Positions 18,196 to 26,638 of a stretch of 49,340 nt of DNA are shown here, piece by piece. The notes under the pieces were generated by a model that was given only the letters and a program-made list of their open reading frames with translations, did no database searches and had not been told where the DNA came from. Both the position numbers and the translations under genes were made by a program. Positions within the stretch are counted from its first letter, which is position 1. Every line of letters starts with the position of its first letter. Source of the stretch: Chloroflexota bacterium (lineage in GTDB: Bacteria; Chloroflexota; Anaerolineae; B4-G1; DUEL01); contig DROW01000181.1 of NCBI GenBank assembly GCA_011388675.1, forward strand, positions 1-49,340, given 5' to 3'.

Positions 18196-19220
18196 GTCTC
18201 ACGGCCCTGCAGACCATCTGGTACGTGCTGATCGGCGTGCTGCTCACCGGTTACGCCATCCTCGACGGCTTCGACCTGGGGGCGGGGGTTCTCCTTCCGT
18301 TCGTCGCCAGGGAGGATCGGGAACGGCGGCTGGTTTTCCACGCCATCGGCCCCTTCTGGGACGGGAACGAGGTCTGGCTGCTGACCGGCGCAGGGGCGCT
18401 CTTCGCCGCCTTTCCGCCAGTGTACGCTACCGTCTTCAGCGGCTTCTACCTGGCGATGATGCTGGTCCTCTTCGCCCTCATCGTCCGCGCCGTCTCCTTC
18501 GAGTTCCGCAGCAAGGTGGAGGAGCCCCGGTGGCGACGGGCGTGGGACTGGACCTTCTTCGTCAGCAGCCTCCTGCCCGCCCTGCTCCTCGGCGTGGCGA
18601 TGGGGAACGTGGTCCGCGGCGTCCCGCTGACGGCGGAGAGGGAGTACGCGGGAGGTCTTCTCCCGCTGCTGAACCCCTTCTCTCTGCTGGTGGGCGCGGC
18701 CGGGCTGGCGATGTTCGTGACCCACGGGGCGATCTACCTGCTGACGAAGACGGACGGGCCGGTGGCGGAGCGGGCGCGGCGGGCGGCCGTGGCGGGATGG
18801 ACGGCGCTGATCGTCCTGGCGGTTCTCTCCGCCGTCGGCGTGGCTCTGGACGCGCCGGAGCGGCTCGCCAACTTCCGGCGGACGCCTCTCGCCTGGGTAG
18901 TCCCCGCGCTGCTGGTCGCCTTCCTCGTCCTCACTCGGCTCGACCTGGCGCGGGGGAAGAACGGGAGGGCCTTCCTTTTCTCCTCGCTGACCATCGCCGG
19001 GCTAATGGGAATGGTGGGAGCGGGGAACTTCCCCTACCTGCTGCCAGCCCGCAACGTGCCGGAATACGGTCTTTCCATCTACAACGCCTCTGCCTCCCAG
19101 AACACCCTGACGGCGATGCTGGTCATCGCTTTGATCGGGATGCCGCTGGTCATCGCCTACACCGCCTATGTTTACTACGTGTTCCGGGGGCAGGTTCGGG
19201 CGACAGAGGAAGGGTATTGA
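18192..19220 (+). CDS. cydB: Cytochrome bd ubiquinol oxidase subunit II
   Basis: LDGFDLG, IGPFWDGNEVWL, FAAFP, FEFR; ATGA overlap with cydA. Confidence 0.96.
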   Translation: MSLTALQTIWYVLIGVLLTGYAILDGFDLGAGVLLPFVAREDRERRLVFHAIGPFWDGNEVWLLTGAGALFAAFPPVYATVFSGFYLAMMLVLFALIVRAVSFEFRSKVEEPRWRRAWDWTFFVSSLLPALLLGVAMGNVVRGVPLTAEREYAGGLLPLLNPFSLLVGAAGLAMFVTHGAIYLLTKTDGPVAERARRAAVAGWTALIVLAVLSAVGVALDAPERLANFRRTPLAWVVPALLVAFLVLTRLDLARGKNGRAFLFSSLTIAGLMGMVGAGNFPYLLPARNVPEYGLSIYNASASQNTLTAMLVIALIGMPLVIAYTAYVYYVFRGQVRATEEGY

Positions 19221-19261
19221 CGATCGGCTCAGGGCAACACACTTCACTTCAGGAGGGAACG

Positions 19262-19447
19262 ATGGACTGGGAAGCATTTCTCAGAATTATGATCGAGGAT
19301 GAGAAAGCAGCGATCAACAAGTACCGACTGGCTATGGAGCAGGCCGACTCACCCTCTCTCAGAGACGCGCTAAAGCGACTGATGGACGAGGAAGGAGTCC
19401 ACATCGACATCTTGGAGCACGAGATCAGCAAGTTAAAGGCCGCATAG
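19262..19447 (+). CDS. 61-aa two-helix half-ferritin/rubrerythrin-like protein
   Basis: MDWEAFLRIMIEDEKAAINKY...LMDEEGVHIDIL has E-x6-Y and ExxH motifs; RBS AGGAGG. Confidence 0.8.
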   Translation: MDWEAFLRIMIEDEKAAINKYRLAMEQADSPSLRDALKRLMDEEGVHIDILEHEISKLKAA

Positions 19448-19483
19448 AGGCTTGCTTCGCACTACATCTTTAGGAGGTAAGAT

Positions 19484-19984
19484 ATGGGCACGAAAGGTCG
19501 ATCCATTATCGGGATGAACGTGGACGATCTGGTGGAGATGCTGAACAAGGCCTTCGCCGACGAGTGGCTGGCTTACTATCAATACTGGATGGGGGCCAAA
19601 CTGGCTAAAGGGCCGATGCGGGAAGCGGTGGCCGCCGAACTGCTCCAGCACGCCACCGAGGAGTTAGGCCACGCCGAGATGCTGGCCCTGCGCATCATCC
19701 AACTGGGCGGCACGCCCCCTCTCAGCCCGAAGGACTGGTACGAGATGACCAACTGCGGCTACGAGCCGCCGGAGGACCCCTACACCGAGGTCCTGCTCGA
19801 CCAGAACATCAGAGGGGAACAATGCGCCATCGAGGTCTACCAAAAACTGGCGGAGGCCACCAAAGATACCGACCCCATTACCTATAATATGGTAGTCCAG
19901 ATCCTCGCCGACGAGGTCGAACACGAAGAGGACCTACAGGCGTTGGTGGAGGACATCGGCCTGATGAAGAGCCGGGGAGCCTGA
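19484..19984 (+). CDS. DpsL / bacterioferritin-related ferritin-like protein
   Basis: ADEWLAYYQY, EELGHA, RIIQLGG, NCGY, GEQCAI, DEVEHEED (Cys pair typical of DPSL). Confidence 0.88.
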   Translation: MGTKGRSIIGMNVDDLVEMLNKAFADEWLAYYQYWMGAKLAKGPMREAVAAELLQHATEELGHAEMLALRIIQLGGTPPLSPKDWYEMTNCGYEPPEDPYTEVLLDQNIRGEQCAIEVYQKLAEATKDTDPITYNMVVQILADEVEHEEDLQALVEDIGLMKSRGA

Positions 19985-19990
19985 ACGGAA

Positions 19991-20064
19991 CACGCATCAC
20001 GCACCACGCATCACGTCTCACGCATCACGCATCACGCATCACGTCTCACGCACCACGCACCACG
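19991..20064 (+). repeat. Heptamer tandem repeat CACG(CAT/CAC/TCT) x10.5
   Basis: Directly read, 7-bp period. Confidence 0.95.
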
Positions 20065-20116
20065 ACCATCAGGATACAGATCGTAGGAGACAAAAGGCAA
20101 GATAAGGAGGTGAAGA

Positions 20117-20488
20117 ATGAAAATCGGTGAGAAGATCCAATCGGCGGACTGGAAGGCGGAGAAGCACGTGCCCGTGATCGAGGCACCGGACAAGGTGGAG
20201 GCGGGGAAGCCGTTTCAGGTGACAGTCACCGTGGGCAAGGAGATCCCCCACCCCAACACGGTCGAGCACCACATCCGCTGGATCGACGTCTACTTCCAGC
20301 CGGAGGGGGACAAGTTCGTCTATCAGGTGGGCCACTTCGAATTCGCCGTCCACGGCGAAGGGACGGCCTACGCCCATCCGACGGTCACCTTCTCGATGCA
20401 GGTGGAGAAACCGGGCACGCTGATCGCCCTCTCCCTGTGCAACATCCACGGTCTTTGGGAGAGCAGCCAAGAGATCGGCATCGGGTAG
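20117..20488 (+). CDS. Superoxide reductase (neelaredoxin, class II/1Fe-SOR)
   Basis: EKHVP, HPNTVEHHI.WI, CNIHGLWE. Confidence 0.95.
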   Translation: MKIGEKIQSADWKAEKHVPVIEAPDKVEAGKPFQVTVTVGKEIPHPNTVEHHIRWIDVYFQPEGDKFVYQVGHFEFAVHGEGTAYAHPTVTFSMQVEKPGTLIALSLCNIHGLWESSQEIGIG

Positions 20489-20601
20489 TAGTAGTAGTAG
20501 TAGGGGCGACCAGCAGGTCGCCCCAACAGACCCAACGTCGGGGCGACCCGCAGGTCGCCCCAACAGGCCAGACGTAAGGGCGACCTGCCGGCCACCCCAA
20601 G
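20486..20601 (+). repeat. (TAG)6 followed by three GTAG-type REP palindromes at 37-bp period
   Basis: GTAGGGGCGACC-N4-GGTCGCCCC-like units at 20500, 20537, 20574. Confidence 0.85.
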
Positions 20602-20612
20602 AGGAGGTCAAC

Positions 20613-21116
20613 ATGCACAAGATGACAAAAGCCAACCTGGAAGCAGCCTTCGCTGGCGAGAGCCAGGCTCATATGAAATACCTGATCTTCGCCAACCGAG
20701 CGGAAAAGGAAGGTTTCCCCAACGTCGCCCGTCTTTTCCGCGCCATCGCCTTCGCCGAGGAGGTCCACGCCACCAACCACTTCCGCACCCTGGGCAAGAT
20801 CGGCCAGACGGCGGAGAACCTGCAGGCGGGCATCGACGGGGAGACCTACGAGGTCGACGAGATGTACCCCGCTTTTCGCGCCGTGGCCGAGTTACAGGAA
20901 GAGAACAAGGCCGTCCGCACGATGACCTGGGCGCTGGAGGCGGAGAAGGTCCACGCCGGGATGTACGAACGGGCCCGCCAGGCGGTCCTCTCCGGCAAGG
21001 ACGCCGAGGTAGGGGACGTCTACATCTGCGAGGCGTGCGGCTGGACCGTCGAGGGGGAGCCACCCGATCGATGCCCCATCTGCGGGGCCAAACGGGAGGC
21101 CTTCCGTAAGTTCTAA
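20613..21116 (+). CDS. rbr: Rubrerythrin
   Basis: GESQA, AEEVHA, GETYE, AEKVHA, CEACG..CPICG. Confidence 0.96.
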   Translation: MHKMTKANLEAAFAGESQAHMKYLIFANRAEKEGFPNVARLFRAIAFAEEVHATNHFRTLGKIGQTAENLQAGIDGETYEVDEMYPAFRAVAELQEENKAVRTMTWALEAEKVHAGMYERARQAVLSGKDAEVGDVYICEACGWTVEGEPPDRCPICGAKREAFRKF

Positions 21117-21131
21117 TAAGCCTCCGGAACG

Positions 21132-21167
21132 GCCGGTAGGGGCGACCTGCAGGTCGCCCCTACCGGC
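21132..21167. repeat. Perfect 36-bp palindrome, GTAG-REP family copy
   Basis: GCCGGTAGGGGCGACCTG|CAGGTCGCCCCTACCGGC. Confidence 0.9.
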
Positions 21168-21184
21168 GGGACGGATGATGTAAA

Positions 21185-21688
21185 ATGGGCGAGAAAACCC
21201 GGCGCAACCTTTACGAGACCTTCGTCGGTGAGGCGAAGGCCCATCGACGGCTGCTCGCCTTCGCCCGCAAGGCCGACGAGGAGGGATACCCCGACGTCGC
21301 CCGCCTCTTCCGCGCCGTCGCCTACGCCGAGGGCATCCACGCCGACCTGGCCCTTCGGCTGATGGGCGAGGCGGTGGTCAAGACCACCGAGGAGAACCTC
21401 CAGTCCTCCTTCGAGCGGGAGACGACCGTCAGCCAGGTCGCCTACGCCCGCTTCATCCGCGAGGCGGAGGAGGAAGGAGAGCGCGCGGCCGCCCTGGTCT
21501 TCAGCCGGGCGCGGGATGTCGAGGAGGCCCACGCCGCCCTCTACAAGCGCGCCCTGGGATGCCTCCTGCGGGAGGAGCCGTGTGTCTACTACGTATGCGA
21601 CGTCTGCGGCTACGTGGTCGAAGGGGAGCCGCCCGACGAGTGTCCTATCTGTGGGGCGAAGCGAGAGAAATTTGTCCGTATTGACTGA
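21185..21688 (+). CDS. Rubrerythrin paralog (divergent diiron site)
   Basis: GEAKA, AEGIHA, VEEAHA, CDVCG..CPICG. Confidence 0.92.
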   Translation: MGEKTRRNLYETFVGEAKAHRRLLAFARKADEEGYPDVARLFRAVAYAEGIHADLALRLMGEAVVKTTEENLQSSFERETTVSQVAYARFIREAEEEGERAAALVFSRARDVEEAHAALYKRALGCLLREEPCVYYVCDVCGYVVEGEPPDECPICGAKREKFVRID

Positions 21689-21692
21689 CCCG

Positions 21693-23186
21693 ATGGAACA
21701 CACCTCCCCCCCCTCCCCCCTCGGGAGAGGGAGAGGACGATGGAAGATCAGCGTTGCGGGAGCGATCGCTCTGAGCGGTCTCCTGTGCACTTTAGCAGCC
21801 TTTCCCGGCTCCAGCAAGGAGGGGAGCGACGGCCCCGCACTCCCCCCAGTCCTAGTCACCCGCCGCGGGGAATACGTCACGGGGCTCACCGATGCCACCG
21901 ACGAGGACCTGGCGTGGATGGCCCGTTTTGACGTCGTCCACGTGGGGGGATTGGCAGACCCTCTCTCCCCCACCCTGATGGCCGAACTGCGGGCCGCTGG
22001 CGTCCGGACGATCCTCGCTTACGAATGGATGCCGGCCGGCTACCACTACACCGATGGCTCGGGGGACGATCCCCTGATGACCTGGGCCTACACCCACCGC
22101 CCCACCGCTACCCTGAACCCCGATGGCCCTTTTCCCCACTGCACGGAAAGCGGCTACGACTGGTGTGAAGACTACTACTACGACCTGGGCAACCCGGAGG
22201 TCGTCTCCCGCCGGGTGGGATACCTGCTCGAGGAGGCCAAGAGGCTGGGATACGACGGCCTCTTCTTCGACTGGGCCAGCGGTCGGTTCATCTATGAGCC
22301 GGACTACGGACCGATCTCCCGCACGTACCGCTCTCGCCACCCCGACCGTCCCTATGTCCAAGCGGTGGCTGACTTCTATGCCGCCCTGCGAAACGCCGCT
22401 CCCGATCTGATCGTTCAGACCAACCAGGGGTTTCGCGAGGCGGAGCGCCTCCTCCCCCTCGTGGAGTACGATATGGCCGAAAGTTACATCACCGACTACG
22501 ACTACTTCTCCCGCACCCTCTACGTCCAGGGACGGGGGATGATCACCGTCCCCCAGACCATCTACTACCCACTGAGCGACGATCCGTCCAATGGTCACCT
22601 CACCGATACCCTCGACTATCTGGACTATCTGACCGCCATCGATGATGCCCACGCTGGCCCTCGTTTCCGGGGGACCGTCTATATGAATTACGTCGCCCCG
22701 GATTACGTGACGACAGGACAGACCATCTCCGGCTATGAAGTCTACACCGCCACGGTGCCCCGCAACGCCATCTATTTCGCCTACGCCGTGTCCAAACTGG
22801 CGAGCCAGATCGCCTACACCGAGGTGCCGGTGGACCACCGTCTGGAACGGGACCAGGTTTACTTCTTCGACCTGGGCTCCCCTCTGGGGGAGACATACGA
22901 GCGAGCAGCCGACGGCTACGTCCGGTTCTACAACCTGGGCCTGGTGCTGGTCGGTGAGTGGCAATCCGAGACGGAGGTAACCCTGCATTCCCCCTACATC
23001 CCGCCCAACGTGCCGGTGTACGACGCTTTCGAGAGGACCTGGCTGACCACAGGACCGGGTGTGCTGACCGTCACGGTCCGCCCCCGACCGGACCCCCTTA
23101 CCGGCCGGATGGCCCCGTCCGGAAGGGTGTATTTGTACGGGCTGACGAGGCGGCTCTTTCTGCCCCTTTCTATGCGAGGGAGATGA
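21693..23186 (+). CDS. Secreted putative glycoside-hydrolase-like TIM-barrel protein with C-terminal LFLPLSMR motif
   Basis: Signal-like N-terminus, GYDGLFFD and ..TNQGF..MAES motifs resembling GH114/PelA-type barrels. Confidence 0.6.
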   Translation: MEHTSPPSPLGRGRGRWKISVAGAIALSGLLCTLAAFPGSSKEGSDGPALPPVLVTRRGEYVTGLTDATDEDLAWMARFDVVHVGGLADPLSPTLMAELRAAGVRTILAYEWMPAGYHYTDGSGDDPLMTWAYTHRPTATLNPDGPFPHCTESGYDWCEDYYYDLGNPEVVSRRVGYLLEEAKRLGYDGLFFDWASGRFIYEPDYGPISRTYRSRHPDRPYVQAVADFYAALRNAAPDLIVQTNQGFREAERLLPLVEYDMAESYITDYDYFSRTLYVQGRGMITVPQTIYYPLSDDPSNGHLTDTLDYLDYLTAIDDAHAGPRFRGTVYMNYVAPDYVTTGQTISGYEVYTATVPRNAIYFAYAVSKLASQIAYTEVPVDHRLERDQVYFFDLGSPLGETYERAADGYVRFYNLGLVLVGEWQSETEVTLHSPYIPPNVPVYDAFERTWLTTGPGVLTVTVRPRPDPLTGRMAPSGRVYLYGLTRRLFLPLSMRGR

Positions 23187-23266
23187 TCCTGCGGAGACGA
23201 CTTGCTTCCGGCACCGGTCGCCCCGCGCAAATTCCGTCCAGAAAGTTCAAGTTAAGGAGGAAAACA

Positions 23267-23746
23267 ATGGCAGTCTTTACAGCGGTCGAGGCACTGAATA
23301 TGGCCCTTCAGATCGAGAAGAACGGCGAAGCCTTCTACGAAGCCGCCGCCCGCAAGGTGCAAGATGGGGAAATCCGCGCCGTTATGGAGGACCTGGCCGT
23401 CCAGGAACGGCGTCACTACAAGGCCTTCCAGAAACTGACCGACCGGGTGGGCGAGCCGCCCACCCTCTCCGCCCCGGAATGGGAGGAATACGACGAGTAC
23501 GTGCAGATAGCGCTGGAGAACGCCCTCTTCGCCGGGCCGGACAAGGCCCTGGCGATGGCCGACCAGGTCCAGACCGCCGAAGACGCCCTGCGGATGGCGC
23601 TGGGCTTCGAGAAGGACACCCTTATCTTCTTCTACGACCTGCGGGAGATGATGCCCGCGGACGAGCAGGACATCGTGACCCAGATCATCGGCGAGGAAAA
23701 GGCCCACGTCCGTCGGCTGGCCCGGTTGCTGAGCAAGCGCGCCTGA
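23267..23746 (+). CDS. Ferritin-like (rubrerythrin family, no rubredoxin domain) protein
   Basis: IEKNGEAFY, QERRHY, FEKDTLIFFY, EEKAHV; RBS TAAGGAGG. Confidence 0.9.
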   Translation: MAVFTAVEALNMALQIEKNGEAFYEAAARKVQDGEIRAVMEDLAVQERRHYKAFQKLTDRVGEPPTLSAPEWEEYDEYVQIALENALFAGPDKALAMADQVQTAEDALRMALGFEKDTLIFFYDLREMMPADEQDIVTQIIGEEKAHVRRLARLLSKRA

Positions 23747-23755
23747 GGCGTCCGG

Positions 23756-24514
23756 ATGGGCCGCTGGTCGCGCCGACAATTCATCCGCGCCGTCACGCTG
23801 GGGGGACTGGGCGCGGTGGCGGCCGCGTGTGGTGCCCGCCCGCGCACCCCCTATCCTTCCCCCACCCCGGCGGGCCCCCGGGCTATCCCCACCCAGCCGG
23901 GGCGGCCGCCGCTGACCAATCAGAACCGCCCGTCCTTCAAGCCCACCTGGAATATCCGCTACTTCCAGCCCTACGTCCCCATCGACCACGACCAGTGGCG
24001 GCTGACCGTCGAAGGGCTGGTGGAGAGCCCGCGCTCGTTCTCCCTGGAAGACCTGCAGGCGCTGCCGCGGGTGGAACAGAACACGCGAATGAAGTGCGTG
24101 GAGTGCTGGTCGGCCCGGGCCGACTGGGCCGGCTTCACCTACGCCGCCCTGGCCGAGATCGTCCACCCCCTCCCCGAGGCGACCTGGGTCTTCTTCGAGT
24201 GCGCCGACGGCTACTACGAATCCCTCTCCGTCGACGAACTCTCCCAGCCCCACGTCCTCTTCGCCTACGAGATGGACGGGGAGCCGCTGCGGGACGAGTT
24301 CGGCGCGCCGCTCCGCCTCATCGTCCCCCCGAAATACGGCTACAAAGGCCCCAAGGTCATCGTCCGAATGCGGTTCGAGACCCACCAGCAGCGGGGATAC
24401 TGGCCCACGGTGGGCCCGTACTCGCCCGATGGGACCATCCAGCCTGGGCGGGACCACCCGCTGGACCTCGGCGAGCCACGGGAGATCGACGGCGGGGAGA
24501 TCACCGAATACTAG
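23756..24514 (+). CDS. Tat-exported molybdopterin oxidoreductase (sulfite oxidase/MsrP-like), probable lipoprotein
   Basis: SRRQFI twin-arginine, AAAC lipobox, WRLTVEGLV, CVECWS, GAPLRLIVP.KYGYKGPK. Confidence 0.87.
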   Translation: MGRWSRRQFIRAVTLGGLGAVAAACGARPRTPYPSPTPAGPRAIPTQPGRPPLTNQNRPSFKPTWNIRYFQPYVPIDHDQWRLTVEGLVESPRSFSLEDLQALPRVEQNTRMKCVECWSARADWAGFTYAALAEIVHPLPEATWVFFECADGYYESLSVDELSQPHVLFAYEMDGEPLRDEFGAPLRLIVPPKYGYKGPKVIVRMRFETHQQRGYWPTVGPYSPDGTIQPGRDHPLDLGEPREIDGGEITEY

Positions 24515-24549
24515 GCACGGTTCCACCACCCTACCGAAGGAGGGCAGCG

Positions 24550-24942
24550 ATGGCCTTACAACCCGGATTGACCGGCGAGGCCGGTTGGGAGGTAACCGAG
24601 GAAGTTACCGCCGCCCGCTGGGGGAGCGGACTGGTGCCCGTCCTGGGCACCCCCGCGCTGGTCGCGCTGATGGAGCAGGCGGCGGTGGTCGCTCTGGAGG
24701 GCCATCTCCCCGCCGAAAAGACCTCGGTGGGGGTACGCATCGACGTCCGCCACCTCGCAGCCACCCCCGTGGGGATGCACGTCCGCGCCCACGCCCGGCT
24801 GACCCAGGTGGATGGACGTCGCCTCGTTTTCCACGTCGAGGCCTGGGACGAGGTGGAGAAGATCGGCGAAGCGACCCACGAGCGGGTCGTCATCGACCGG
24901 GAGCGGTTCCTGCAACGGGTAGGGGAGAAACGGAAGGGATAG
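24550..24942 (+). CDS. Hotdog thioesterase (FlK-like)
   Basis: GSGLVPVLGTP..LME, SVG...HLAATP.G. Confidence 0.9.
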   Translation: MALQPGLTGEAGWEVTEEVTAARWGSGLVPVLGTPALVALMEQAAVVALEGHLPAEKTSVGVRIDVRHLAATPVGMHVRAHARLTQVDGRRLVFHVEAWDEVEKIGEATHERVVIDRERFLQRVGEKRKG

Positions 24943-24944
24943 GA

Positions 24945-25457
24945 CTATCCCTTCCACACCTGCCACACGAAGAGCAGGACCATCGCCAAGCCGAGGAGAA
25001 GTTTGATCCCCCCGGAGACCAGGCAGCCGGCCAGCCAACCGGCCCCGGCCCGCGCGGTTTCCTTCCAGTCCCGGCGGCGCAGGTACTCCACCAGGAGGAC
25101 GCCCACGAGCGCTCCCCCCATCGCTGCGGGCAGCGCACCGATCCCACCCACCAGGAGCCCGACGACGAAACCGACGACCCCCAGCCCCGCGCCCGCCAGG
25201 AGGGCCTGCCACGAGGCGCCCCCCAGTTTCCCGCCGATCTGGCTGACCCAGATCTCGGCCGTGACGCCGACCGCTGCCAGCAGCGTGATCGCGCCGAAAG
25301 TGACGGGGTCGATGGTGGCAAACCCCTCTGCGATAGCGTAGGCCAGTGCCGCCAGCCAGATGAGCACCAAATCCGGCAGCACCGGCACCACCGTCCCCAC
25401 CAGCCCGACTACCATCACCACCAGGGCCACCCAGAAGGCCCACTGCGGCAGCACCAT
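24945..25457 (-). CDS. DUF456-family membrane protein
   Basis: GLVGTVVPVLP, K.GGAS motifs, highly hydrophobic; start ATG 25457. Confidence 0.8.
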   Translation of the reverse strand: MVLPQWAFWVALVVMVVGLVGTVVPVLPDLVLIWLAALAYAIAEGFATIDPVTFGAITLLAAVGVTAEIWVSQIGGKLGGASWQALLAGAGLGVVGFVVGLLVGGIGALPAAMGGALVGVLLVEYLRRRDWKETARAGAGWLAGCLVSGGIKLLLGLAMVLLFVWQVWKG

Positions 25458-25519
25458 TGCCCGATTCCCCCGTTTATGATAAACTCGGAGGCCGACCGGA
25501 CCTCCGAGGGTGAGGGCTG

Positions 25520-25593
25520 TGGGCCGTGCAGGATTCGAACCTGCGACCAAAGGCTTAAAAGGCCCCTGCTCTACCAGGCTGAGCTAACGGCCC
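25520..25593 (-). tRNA. tRNA-Lys(TTT)
   Basis: GGGCCGT acceptor, loop CTTTTAA, GTTCGAATC; CCA not encoded. Confidence 0.95.
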
Positions 25594-25606
25594 TCGCGCA
25601 GGGGGA

Positions 25607-25635
25607 AGTATAACACGCCGAAGGGGGGTTGTCAA
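25607..25635 (-). promoter_or_regulatory. Consensus promoter of tRNA-Lys
   Basis: TTGACA-N17-TATACT with TG. Confidence 0.8.
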
Positions 25636-25642
25636 CCACTCT

Positions 25643-26152
25643 ATGCGCATCGGCATCCTTTCCGACACCCACGACAACCTGAGGAACGTCCAGGCCGCCG
25701 CCGACATCTTGCGACGCGAGGGGATCGCTACCCTCCTCCACTGCGGGGACGTCTGCGGCCCTGCGGTGATCGAAGCGCTGCAAGGCTTCGACCTCTACGT
25801 CGCCCTGGGGAACGTCGACCGGATGCCCGCGCTGGGTCTGGCGGTGGAGGCCCTCCACGGCGTCGGGCGGCTGGCCCGCTGGCACAGCCTGGTGCTCGAT
25901 GGCTCCGCCGTCGCCCTCCTCCACGGCGACGAGGAGCCGCTGCTGCACCACCTGATCCGATCTGGCGAGTTCGCCTACGTGATCCACGGCCACACCCACC
26001 GCCGGGACGACCGGCGGATGGGCACCACGCGCGTCATCAACCCCGGCGCGCTGGGAGGAACACGCCACGAACCCCGCTCTTTCTGCATCCTGGACCTGAA
26101 GACGGGCGAGGCCCGCTTCGTCGAACTTCAGGAAGGAGGACGCCGAGGATGA
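25643..26152 (+). CDS. YfcE-family metallophosphoesterase
   Basis: SDTH, HCGD, GNVD, HGD, GHTH, NPG. Confidence 0.92.
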   Translation: MRIGILSDTHDNLRNVQAAADILRREGIATLLHCGDVCGPAVIEALQGFDLYVALGNVDRMPALGLAVEALHGVGRLARWHSLVLDGSAVALLHGDEEPLLHHLIRSGEFAYVIHGHTHRRDDRRMGTTRVINPGALGGTRHEPRSFCILDLKTGEARFVELQEGGRRG

Positions 26153-26568
26153 GCGAAGACCCGTTCCGATTCTCCATCGCCCTTGAGGTGTGCTGGCGCG
26201 ACCTCGATCCGCTCGGGCACGTCAACAACGCCGTCTACTTCACTTACTTGGAAACGGCACGCTTCCGCTACCTGCGCGACGTCTGCGGCATCACCGGCCC
26301 GCCCCAGGAGATCGGCTTCGTCCTGGCCGAGGCATCTTGCACCTACCTCTCCCCCCTCTCCCTCGGCGAGCGGGTCACCGTCTGGATCCGGGTCAGCGAA
26401 CTGGGCAACTCCAGTTTCGTCTTCGAATATCGGGTCGAGGGGGAAGACGGCCGTCTGGCAGCCACCGCCCGCACCGTCCAGGTCTGCTACGACCTCGACG
26501 CGGGCCGCCCCCGGCCGCTCCCGGCCGAGTGGCGGGAGCGAATCACCACCTACGAGTCTGATCTGTAG
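26149..26568 (+). CDS. Acyl-CoA thioesterase (YbgC/4HBT family)
   Basis: DLDPLGHVNNAVYFTYLETAR. Confidence 0.93.
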   Translation: MSEDPFRFSIALEVCWRDLDPLGHVNNAVYFTYLETARFRYLRDVCGITGPPQEIGFVLAEASCTYLSPLSLGERVTVWIRVSELGNSSFVFEYRVEGEDGRLAATARTVQVCYDLDAGRPRPLPAEWRERITTYESDL

Positions 26569-26572
26569 TTAT

Positions 26573-26638
26573 CACCGTAGAGACGCAGAGGGCGCAGAGC
26601 CTTTTATGAATTCTCCGCGCTCTCTGCGTCTCCGTGGT
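26573..26638. repeat. Inverted-repeat element (AGAGACGCAGAG..CGCAGAG / CTCCGCG..CTCTGCGTCTCC) between convergent genes
   Basis: Arms at 26573-26599 and 26613-26638. Confidence 0.7.

Noticed and set aside
20500-20601. Possible mini-CRISPR array
   Set aside because: Spacers are only 9 nt, repeats are GTAG-REP-type palindromes, and there are no cas genes
14016-25593. Genomic island bounded by tRNA-Gln and tRNA-Lys
   Set aside because: No integrase, no duplicated tRNA 3' end, and codon style matches the flanks
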